In this document: positions 22,219-30,571 of the stretch, one piece after another
Position numbering within the stretch: the stretch's first letter is position 1
How the letters are laid out: every line of letters begins with the position of its first letter
NCBI GenBank assembly: GCA_965218095.1
Contig: OZ244587.1
Span: 4,096,001-4,160,000 of the forward strand
Reading direction: 5' to 3'
DNA from: Candidatus Poribacteria bacterium
GTDB taxonomy: Bacteria; Poribacteria; WGA-4E; PCPOR2b
Length of the DNA: 64,000 bases
Position numbers and translations under genes: made by a program
The notes under the pieces: model-generated
Database searches by the model: none
What the model was told of the DNA's origin: nothing
Seen by the model: only the letters and a program-made list of their open reading frames with translations

Positions 22219-22695
22219 TCAGTATCCCCATAAGCCCTTGCTTACTGATTTTGCTATATCCTCATAATTCTGAAACAATGGCATGTATTCAAATGGATAC
22301 TTAATGTACGCCTTGCCATACCCTTGACGGACTAGCTCTAAGTTGACGAACAAGCCATCTGGCACTCGATATACATACGCCAGCAGCCTGCCATATTTCC
22401 CACGTTTTTCATCATCATACTTCAAATATACTGATTCCCCAAGTAACAAGTTTTTGGTGAATTCAGTGGCTTGTGGGCCGTATGGTTCAACAGGTTGGGT
22501 TGGGTATACAGTCTCTGGCGTGTCAACGCCAATTAAGCGAACAATCTCCTTCTTCTGCTTATACTTAATTTCAATCGTATCACCATCAATTACCCGGAGT
22601 ACCTGATATGATTCACTTTCGTTAAAGTATTTTAACTTTACTACCACCACAATAAATACAATGAAGATCACCCAGAATACGTGCTTACCCTTCAT
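22219..22695 (-). CDS. Thermonuclease (SNase) family protein with N-terminal anchor
   Basis: VIDGDT, VRLIGVDTPE, KYGRLLAYVY, GLW. Confidence 0.92.
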   Translation of the reverse strand: MKGKHVFWVIFIVFIVVVVKLKYFNESESYQVLRVIDGDTIEIKYKQKKEIVRLIGVDTPETVYPTQPVEPYGPQATEFTKNLLLGESVYLKYDDEKRGKYGRLLAYVYRVPDGLFVNLELVRQGYGKAYIKYPFEYMPLFQNYEDIAKSVSKGLWGY

Positions 22696-22833
22696 TGTTG
22701 TATCTCCTTTAGTTAATGTTAGATTATTGTATATCAACAAGGATGCATCTGAAATTACTTCTAACTAAACTGGCATAGCAGTTCCAGATGTAATCACCCC
22801 AAAGTCAATCATAGCTTGCGTTTCAACGTCTTT

Positions 22834-22862
22834 AGTATACCACATTTTTTCACGTTTTTCAA
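22834..22862 (-). promoter_or_regulatory. Sigma70 promoter facing the thermonuclease gene
   Basis: Minus strand TTGAAA-17 bp-TATACT with extended TG. Confidence 0.6.
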
Positions 22863-22954
22863 GTCAATATCTACTATTTTTTGTGGCTTTAGGATGGTAT
22901 ATTCATTCTTATTCCTCAGTAGGTAAGCATAGGTATTTCTCTAGTAGTGGGCAT

Positions 22955-23001
22955 GAAAAAAGCCCAACTTTGATTGAGTGGCTCAATCCAAAACTGGGCT
23001 T
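22955..23001 (-). terminator. Intrinsic terminator
   Basis: AAGCCCAG...TTGGGCTTTTTT long stem plus U-run on the minus strand. Confidence 0.7.
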
Positions 23002-23180
23002 GTTAGTCTTGCCTGCGTGAATTGTTGCTTCTATTCAAATAATTTGATAATTAATGATAAATTCTGTATACTTTGATTGGTGAATTAATATCTATTAGGC
23101 GTGAAAGTCATAATGACTTCCTGAGTCTAATCAATGGATGAATATCCGAATACTTTGATTATGTGAGATAATGATGGTAT

Positions 23181-23578
23181 AATCAGGTTGAAAATCTGAC
23201 GATTCAGTCTCATTATTTAGAACTACCATTCTAAAGAAAGGAGGCTGAATGCTCTGACAAAAATCAATCAGGACAGCATAGCACCTTGAAAGGAAGTGAT
23301 TACTATGTCCAAAATCGATCTAGATAGTCCAGAATTCTATCGATACATGCTTAAAGGGTTTCATCCTCAAGACAGTGAACAAGACTGGGTTGAGGCAAAT
23401 CTAAAAGCAATAGAGCTAGATAGCATCGCACCTATCCATGATTTTATGTTTAAAGAGTCCAGGGAATCACGCACGCCAGAAGTATTTCATATAATGATGA
23501 CGTGTGATCCCATTGCACTCTATAACGAAGGCGTCAAAGCCAACCGTTAGCCTGAATCATCAGATTTTCAACCTGATT
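23181..23578. repeat. 27-bp inverted repeat pair (23181-23207 / 23552-23578)
   Basis: AATCAGGTTGAAAATCTGAYGATTCAG, 26/27 match. Confidence 0.9.
23305..23550 (+). CDS. Small hypothetical protein inside the inverted repeat
   Basis: GAAAGGAAG RBS, ATG, 81 aa; stop abuts the right repeat. Confidence 0.5.
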   Translation: MSKIDLDSPEFYRYMLKGFHPQDSEQDWVEANLKAIELDSIAPIHDFMFKESRESRTPEVFHIMMTCDPIALYNEGVKANR

Positions 23579-23706
23579 TTACGATTGATTTCTGTCCCTG
23601 TCAAGGCAATAATGCACCCCCCGTCTTTTTTTTGCTTTTTCTCACTTTCTCACTTTCACACCTGCACACTTTCCCTTTTCCCCCACATCAAACGCAGATT
23701 CAGCAG

Positions 23707-24111
23707 TCAACATCTACTAATCGCGATTGATTCCGTATGGGCTGGAATCAAATCTTGCGTGCCCTCAAATGCCTTCAGGTAGGTCCTTCCGAGTACAAAA
23801 CAGATTGAAGCGTAGTTATTGCATAAGAGGTCTGAAAACGTTGTATTGACTTGGAGTTGCAACTCAACGGCCCGCGACGTGTCCATCTTTCGGTCATACC
23901 ATGCGGTTGGGAAAGCACCCGGGATAAGCCCATAGGCAGCAGATAAGATGTACACATCTAGCCCCCCTGCCTGACGTGGACATTCACGAAGAAAACGACG
24001 TAAGACTAAAAATGGCGGACCGTTGTATCTCTCAATTGCAGGTAACGGCTCCTGAACCTCGTGTTTCCGTTGTGAGCAGGATAGAATGAGTAACCGTCGT
24101 TTGTCGTTCAT
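23707..24111 (-). pseudogene. DUF6884/YaaA-like protein, probably truncated
   Basis: ILSCSQRK, AIERYNGP, YILSAAYGLI, YDRKM. Confidence 0.7.
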
Positions 24112-24362
24112 GGCGTCTCTGTAGTCGGGATATTTGAGAAACGAATTGACTTTTCAAGAAGAAAGGGGATCTCCTGCAAGGTCAAAGTAGGAAAAGGGGA
24201 GGGATGCCAGAGAGATCTTAGACTCGCTGGCATTCAAGAGGTTAATCTTCTAGTAACTGCATGACTCCATCTGCTGATCTTTGGCTTTGAAGCGTGGGAC
24301 GATTTTTTAGGGAAGGGAGGCGTGGACTCGGGTTAAGGTCACTTCGGATTTGAGGCGGAATC

Positions 24363-25679
24363 TCAAGGAACAAAATTATGATTTTCATCAAAAAGAGGAA
24401 TCAAATCCTTGCTTAATCCAAAAGAAGTATAAATCTCTTTTACTAAATCGTAAGCAACTTGATCTGGGATAAACTCTGGTTCAATATTCTGTTGCGTCCC
24501 AATTGCATCAGATTGCATGTACACATTCTGAAATTCCTCGACTCTGCTAAAAAGTGGATTGGATGGATGCCTTCCCACTAATAGAAATCCGCTAAGATTA
24601 CGATATTCCTGTTGGACGATAATTTTAGAATCAATACCAACCGCTGAGTAAATTGCTTTAACCAACCTCATGAATGTAACCGGAAATTCACATACCGCAT
24701 AAGGATACAACCACTTTGAATCGGCAGAAATTCCGCTCTCTTCCTTGAACCATTGGAAGTGATCACTAGACAGCGGAAGCCTCAGTTCAAGGAATCCATT
24801 TTTTAAAATAATTACTTCATAGTCCAATACATCTACGCCCTTAATTCCCTCAGGAGAATCTTCTATTCTCTCAACCCCTATAAAGCCGAACCCGGTTCTA
24901 CGAACATTCTGTGGATCCCGCAAAATAGCGTGTACCTCTTGTTCCTGCGTAGAAACTGCATCAGGATTGAGCGTTGTGGGTACTGCGAGGATTCGGTAAT
25001 AAGGTTCGTCTGATATAACCTCCTCAAATCGTAGTTTCATTAAATGAAGAAGGTCCCCAACTCTTTGCTGTTCTAAGGCGTCCTCTTGAGGAGATATCGA
25101 ACTTCTCCTGCTCTGCTGTATATTCCTTGAAATGGCATCCAATTGAGCCTGAATCGGTGGATAATGGCGGCTCGCAAAAACTTCAGCCAGTTCGGACATA
25201 GGATATTCTCTGATGTGGTTGCCATACCGTTTTACAAAGTGGGTAAAGTTTTTCCAGACGAAACTGTGAGGACGTAGATCACTCGGTGGGATATGAATAA
25301 TTACAAGAGTGATGTTCTTACCGTTCCATTCAAAAGAACGCGTATTCACTTCCAGATTCCGAATGCGCGGGTCAATAGATTCTAGGCAAACGCTGTAAAT
25401 GCTTTGCGCTATTTTGTCAGGATTCTTTACGGGGAAAAAACCTTGTGCTATCCCGGCCTTTTCTTGAACACCAATGATAATATATCCACCTTCTGCATTA
25501 GCCATGGCGGTGACATCCTTGCATATTTCGCGTTTGTACTCTTCTTGGTCGGTCGAATCACGGTGATAGTCTTGCCGCTTGAAATCAATCCACTGGTCTT
25601 CTTCCTGATTGCCAATCAAATCTATTAATTCTTGGTCGGTGATTTCAGAAATGCGGCGACGGCAATTGTCAAATATCAT
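24363..25679 (-). CDS. AlbA_2 (Schlafen-like) domain protein
   Basis: EDQWIDFK, KDVTAMANAEGGYIIIGV. Confidence 0.85.
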   Translation of the reverse strand: MIFDNCRRRISEITDQELIDLIGNQEEDQWIDFKRQDYHRDSTDQEEYKREICKDVTAMANAEGGYIIIGVQEKAGIAQGFFPVKNPDKIAQSIYSVCLESIDPRIRNLEVNTRSFEWNGKNITLVIIHIPPSDLRPHSFVWKNFTHFVKRYGNHIREYPMSELAEVFASRHYPPIQAQLDAISRNIQQSRRSSISPQEDALEQQRVGDLLHLMKLRFEEVISDEPYYRILAVPTTLNPDAVSTQEQEVHAILRDPQNVRRTGFGFIGVERIEDSPEGIKGVDVLDYEVIILKNGFLELRLPLSSDHFQWFKEESGISADSKWLYPYAVCEFPVTFMRLVKAIYSAVGIDSKIIVQQEYRNLSGFLLVGRHPSNPLFSRVEEFQNVYMQSDAIGTQQNIEPEFIPDQVAYDLVKEIYTSFGLSKDLIPLFDENHNFVP

Positions 25680-25775
25680 TTAATCTATGCCCCTCTTTGC
25701 AGGCGGCATTCCTTTCTCGCAAATCAAGGCAGGGGTATCGCTCCTATAGCATAGCAAACCAATTGAATCTGTTGA

Positions 25776-26663
25776 TTACAATTCACGATAATCCCCTTGA
25801 AACACCTCTCTAACATGCCAGCCAATGAACTCTACCGCCGGATAATAGGACTGCCTTTGAGGAAACTTGATTTTTTTACCGTGGAACCTCATAAGCCATT
25901 CCTGAAAGCCTACTGAACCGTGTGCATCATCTGATACCCGTATTTCTAATTTCTCGGATAGCGCAAAAGCCCCACGGTCAAATAGCTTATGGTGTAGCGA
26001 ACATAGAGCCAATCCATTCACTTCTGTATCGGGGCCATCTGCCTGACGCCATTTGATATGAGAGGCTTCTAACGCAACGGGCTGATGACCCAATTTCACA
26101 TCAAAGTCACAGACAGCACATTTATATTCGTAGGCTTTCAGGATATTTGCTCGGAAGTTGGGGTCGCGCCTTTGCCGCTTAGAAATCTGGAGAGGGAACT
26201 CAATCCCAACAGCCTGTAAAATGTCTTCATGAAACGAAAAAGGGAAATGAGCGTCTAGCAGGCTCTGGATTATCTCAAAAGACAACTTGGAATCGTTCTG
26301 AAGTTGATGGGCAATATCTTCTATGAACCCTCCAGAAACGTCGTAACGAACCAGATCGCCTTTTAGAGCGTCCCCACTTGCTGTTTGCCCAATTTTATCG
26401 GTATCGGATATCTCCCAAATTCCATCATTTTGGAGCCGCCAAAACGGATACTGTGTTCCATAATTAGCTTGTTTGGGTCCAAACTCCCTCAGTAAGTTTC
26501 CAAGGTTCTCATCTATTTCGGAGTATGGAAGGAGGCGGTTCTCACCTCGTAACAATTTCCCAATGGCATACAGAACCAGCAAGGGCTTGTGAGGTGCTCT
26601 CTCGTCAGCGTTTTTCCACACCTTTAATTGTTCAAATTTATGAGCAATTGATTCTTTGTCCAT
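25776..26663 (-). CDS. SBD-HNH phosphorothioate-DNA-binding restriction endonuclease
   Basis: RAPHKPLL and YPFWRL sulfur-binding-domain motifs; CAVC, EASHI, NGLALCSLHHKLFDRG HNH. Confidence 0.85.
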   Translation of the reverse strand: MDKESIAHKFEQLKVWKNADERAPHKPLLVLYAIGKLLRGENRLLPYSEIDENLGNLLREFGPKQANYGTQYPFWRLQNDGIWEISDTDKIGQTASGDALKGDLVRYDVSGGFIEDIAHQLQNDSKLSFEIIQSLLDAHFPFSFHEDILQAVGIEFPLQISKRQRRDPNFRANILKAYEYKCAVCDFDVKLGHQPVALEASHIKWRQADGPDTEVNGLALCSLHHKLFDRGAFALSEKLEIRVSDDAHGSVGFQEWLMRFHGKKIKFPQRQSYYPAVEFIGWHVREVFQGDYREL

Positions 26664-26793
26664 TTTTCACGCTCTGCTACTTGGGAGAATCTACAATAAG
26701 CTACGCACACTCACAACTCGCAAATCAGACACGGCTTATCATCATATCAGTGAGACTTTCTATCAAGACATGATTTGGTCGCATCGTTTTCTT

Positions 26794-28695
26794 TTATTCC
26801 ATTTGTCTAATGTCGTCCACTACTGATTTCAACAGCAGTACTTGAATCTGTGAACCTGACTTCGTGTCTTGTAGGTAACGGGTTACCCCTAGATAAACGT
26901 TATCTGGATAATATTTACTGTGTTTTATATCCACAAACCCAAACTGATCTGACTTTGAAGAACCTTCCTCCCATGCAATTACCAATTTTAGCTCGCGAGG
27001 ATTTTTGGCTTCTCGTTCTAAATCTTGAATCAACGAAGATGCAGTCACCTTGAACTCTATTGCTGAAAGTTGTCTATCATCCGCCGGTATGACCGGATCC
27101 GTTTTATCTCCACTCCGTCTTAGGATGAATCTTCCATCAAAGGGATCCATCTGTGATAACCCAAAACTCTGGTAACCGTCAATGTATCCTCTGCCGAGTA
27201 ATTCAAAGAAGAGTGCGATGACATCATTCTCATCTCTAGGTACTTTTTTAATCGCGAGTTCAGAGATATTTAGACTGTCGCGTTTCAAGAAGAAGTCGTA
27301 TTGTTCATCGTCATCTGACGAATTAACTCTTCCAACCCAGTTGCTTGCCGCTGTTTGAATTGTCGTTGCATAGGCATCATTCACAAACCGGCGTATACGA
27401 CTAATCAAGTGATTATCAGTTAATTGCGACTTGCCGTAGTTTAGGGTTGCATCCACATCTATGACCAAATCAAAGCTACGGGCATATGACTGAGTACGAC
27501 CTCGGGTTAGATCTACTTCGTGTGTTGTGACGACTCCATTTGCTGAAATCACACGTTGACTTCCACCGGGAAGGAATTCTTCAAACAAGGGTATCTGACC
27601 AATAGTGAGAAGAATTCCGTTGATTCGCGGAAACAACATCTCTTTATATTTCTTTATTGACTCCTTCATTCCTTTGGGGAGCTTTCCATTCTTGTCAGTG
27701 ATAAGTTTCTCGTAATCTTCCGCATCGGCATAAAGGCAGGTATTAAACCCTTTCCATGTTCGAGTAAGATTTGTACCTCCGCGCCCTAATGATTGATCAA
27801 ATAAGCCGGGGCGATCTTGTTGAGGCACCCAATTACAAGTCTCTGAGACAAAAAGGTATTCAGGACTAATCTTGAATGAAAATTGCGTTTTTCCATCAAA
27901 AAGGTCTCCAATTTCATCACTGAAGTCCGCCGGGGGGTTGGAGCAGGTGACATGTGTGTGAATAGTCGTGTTCAATAGTTCCTGTTTCCCGCCGAGGTAA
28001 TTCAAAACATCCCCGGCATAGGTATAGCGACGGAGAAAAGCAGCCATTAAGCCAGCAAGTCGGTTTTCATAAAAACCGCGTTCTACAGCTAATTTTAAAG
28101 TCTTGCCAAAGTCAGAATCATTACCTCGTGGCAAGCATTGGTCGTACATACTTTGTATAAATTGCTTAACAGGATTATCCTCGGTATGTTCGGGAAAGCG
28201 ATAATAGACTTCCGTCCCATTATTTAATGGAGATGGATCATCAGGGAATTGACTTGGGACTTGTAAATTCGGCGGTGGGTCTTTTTCAAATTGGTAAGCG
28301 TCTGAGATTTCATAACGAAATGCCCCTTGATCTGAACTTGCCCGGAGGCGAAATTCTTTAGAAGAAAACAATACGACTTTTATTCCAACTCCCACAAGTC
28401 CAAAGAGTTTTCGATTTCCAGAGCGTTTTGTTCCACCACCGAGGAACAGAAGGCTTGGATCGTTTGGAAAACCGATACCAGTATCAGTAACTGTAATAGA
28501 TTTCTGGTCTAAGTCAAGATTAATGTTGATTTCATGAGAGACTCCATCATCAACTTCAACAATAGCGTCAATGGCATTCTGAAGGGCTTCTCCTAAAACA
28601 ATTTGGGTTGGATTATAAGCATTAATTGTCTGTCTGAGCTGATGCCGGTAATGCTCACTTAAATTCGAGGGATTTAGCAAATCTAAGGATTCCAT
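26794..28695 (-). CDS. GHKL ATPase with putative C-terminal PD-(D/E)xK nuclease
   Basis: EALQNAIDA, DTGIG, FGLVGVG, GT; C-terminal ENDVIALF..FDG..IEFK. Confidence 0.75.
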   Translation of the reverse strand: MESLDLLNPSNLSEHYRHQLRQTINAYNPTQIVLGEALQNAIDAIVEVDDGVSHEININLDLDQKSITVTDTGIGFPNDPSLLFLGGGTKRSGNRKLFGLVGVGIKVVLFSSKEFRLRASSDQGAFRYEISDAYQFEKDPPPNLQVPSQFPDDPSPLNNGTEVYYRFPEHTEDNPVKQFIQSMYDQCLPRGNDSDFGKTLKLAVERGFYENRLAGLMAAFLRRYTYAGDVLNYLGGKQELLNTTIHTHVTCSNPPADFSDEIGDLFDGKTQFSFKISPEYLFVSETCNWVPQQDRPGLFDQSLGRGGTNLTRTWKGFNTCLYADAEDYEKLITDKNGKLPKGMKESIKKYKEMLFPRINGILLTIGQIPLFEEFLPGGSQRVISANGVVTTHEVDLTRGRTQSYARSFDLVIDVDATLNYGKSQLTDNHLISRIRRFVNDAYATTIQTAASNWVGRVNSSDDDEQYDFFLKRDSLNISELAIKKVPRDENDVIALFFELLGRGYIDGYQSFGLSQMDPFDGRFILRRSGDKTDPVIPADDRQLSAIEFKVTASSLIQDLEREAKNPRELKLVIAWEEGSSKSDQFGFVDIKHSKYYPDNVYLGVTRYLQDTKSGSQIQVLLLKSVVDDIRQME

Positions 28696-28765
28696 TTACA
28701 ACCTCCATTTGATATTAATGCACATTAAATGTGTTTAGGGACTTTGCACCAACTTTTCCAGTTAA

Positions 28766-29584
28766 TCACAAATCACAAATCAAACATGGTTTCTCGTCGT
28801 CTTCATCATCAAGAACATCACCGAAAATTTCAATTAACGAGCGATTAGGTTGGGACTTTTTTTCTTGTGCCATTGCCTTCGCATAATTTTCCTTAATCTG
28901 CTGTTCCCGCTTAGGATCGGCCAGATCTTCTAAACTTTCACCTTGACTCCAAGTGTACCTCTCACCTGTTTTATCATTAAATTTCTCATAACCCTTGGCG
29001 AGTTCAAAGAGTTCGGGGTGGTTATCTTTCAACCCAATCCACTCCGCTTTGCGTTGGTAGAAACAGAAGTAGCACCCGGAGCGTGTTCGCCACTTGTAAT
29101 ACTCTGGTAAGCCGAGACCGCTCTCCTCCAAAATCCGATAGACATCTTTCTCGGTGATGCCGTCCTCTTTGAACGGATATTTGGGTTCGATATTTCGGAG
29201 TTCAACGTTCTTGAGGGGTTTATAGCCAACGCGGTCTTCATCGGCGCGGATGGCGATGTAGTTGTAAGCCTGATCCTCACCGACAAATTCCTCGAAGGGT
29301 TTGATTTTCAGCAGCCGTGTACACCAACGCACCTGCGCTGACGGTAGCAAGCCGCCGAAGACCGAAAGCCAGTGGTCAAATTCGCGCCCGGCGTTTAACC
29401 GTTCAATTTTTTTCCCTAAAAAGGCTTCCAACCGATCGAGAAATTCATACGTCTCCGGCAACTCTTTTCCCGTATCGCAGAAAGCGTATTCCATCCCCGG
29501 CACTTTGTCCCGCATGTAAATAGCGAGTGCTGAACTATCTTTACCTCCGGAAAGACCGAGGATATGGCGTATTTTGGGCTTCAT
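28766..29584 (-). CDS. sspD: PAPS reductase family protein, SspD-like
   Basis: LSGGKDS PP-loop, DTG.E, RWCT..LK, RSGCYFCF, terminal CxxC; lies downstream of DUF4007 and ATPase genes. Confidence 0.75.
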   Translation of the reverse strand: MKPKIRHILGLSGGKDSSALAIYMRDKVPGMEYAFCDTGKELPETYEFLDRLEAFLGKKIERLNAGREFDHWLSVFGGLLPSAQVRWCTRLLKIKPFEEFVGEDQAYNYIAIRADEDRVGYKPLKNVELRNIEPKYPFKEDGITEKDVYRILEESGLGLPEYYKWRTRSGCYFCFYQRKAEWIGLKDNHPELFELAKGYEKFNDKTGERYTWSQGESLEDLADPKREQQIKENYAKAMAQEKKSQPNRSLIEIFGDVLDDEDDEKPCLICDL

Positions 29585-29734
29585 GTTTGCCTCCTGATGG
29601 ACAGTTTTCAATTGAGTTGGCTTACATCCTCGTACATTTGGAAATTGATGCCGATTAGAACCTGTTTTAAAAACCCCAGTTTCTACTTGAAAAACACCGT
29701 TGAGAAATGCTCGGAAGTTGCATACTTTTCATAC

Positions 29735-30376
29735 TTTTTCGAGGAAACGGGAAGAGACGAAAAAGGAAGGAAGGGTAGGCACAAGACCTACCCCTACATT
29801 CCTTCCATTCTTTCTAGTCGCTTCAGAAGATAACCTTAAAACTGAAACTTGCCTAAGAAGTCTTTAGATGGCAACGTGGGGTTCCGAGTAACTTTCCGAG
29901 GTCCTTCCCGTGCAAACCCCTCAGAACTCAGTTATAGCCTGAGTTATCACCCTTTTTTGTCTCTATCAAATTCTCGCATTTACTCTGAAAACTCTGAAAC
30001 TTTCAAACATCTCTCAATAAGATTTACCACTGTCGCTCGTTCTTTTTTAGATATGGGACTTACGCACTTCAGTAGGGAACAACTCTCGGACTCTCGGTCG
30101 TAGACCGGATGATCGTCGTTCCCTACGAAACAGAACCGGCGCCTAAGGACTTACTGTAGTTGCCCGATTCATCGGGCGTTGGGAGTTGTCCTATGTGGCG
30201 ATGAGCCGCCGAACTACCCCCCCTGATAAGGGAGGCAGGGGGGTTGGCTTCGAGCGTTCAACTGCGTAAGTCCCAACTTTTTCGAGGAAACGGGAAGATA
30301 CGAAAAAGGAAGGAAGGGTAGGCACAAGACCTACCCCTACATTCCTTCCATTCTTCCTAGTCGCTTCAGAAGATAA
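29735..30376 (+). repeat. About 100-bp direct repeat (about 29735-29833 and 30277-30376)
   Basis: TTTTTCGAGGAAACGGGAAGA..CTAGTCGCTTCAGAAGATAA nearly identical twice. Confidence 0.85.
30055..30274. mobile_element. MITE with GGACTTACGCA TIRs (copy C, nested)
   Basis: GGGACTTACGCA...TGCGTAAGTCCC. Confidence 0.7.
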
Positions 30377-30571
30377 ATTTAAGCCTGAAAGTTGCTAAGC
30401 CGTGTTCACTATTAAATTTACGTGACTTTCATAGGAGAAGATGACTTTTCAAACAGGCTCTTACAGTTTATAGCCGCTTTCTTCCATCCTTCCATCCTTC
30501 CAGTCTTATCCCTTTCACATCTTGCTCATATTGTAACACCATCTGTTAAATTATGCACTCCCCTTATTCAC

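Larger units (their letters stand above)
29658..30460. mobile_element. Non-autonomous IS5-type element with TTA target duplication
   Basis: GAACCTGTTTTAAAA...TTTTCAAACAGGCTC; TTA on both flanks; no transposase. Confidence 0.65.

Noticed and set aside
23181-23578. Retron msr-msd bounded by a1/a2 repeats
   Set aside because: No reverse transcriptase in the window; kept only as an unassigned element
26692-26740. NAD+-I riboswitch-like CAGACACGGCT
   Set aside because: Antisense to the flanking genes, poor 5' match, and no nad gene nearby
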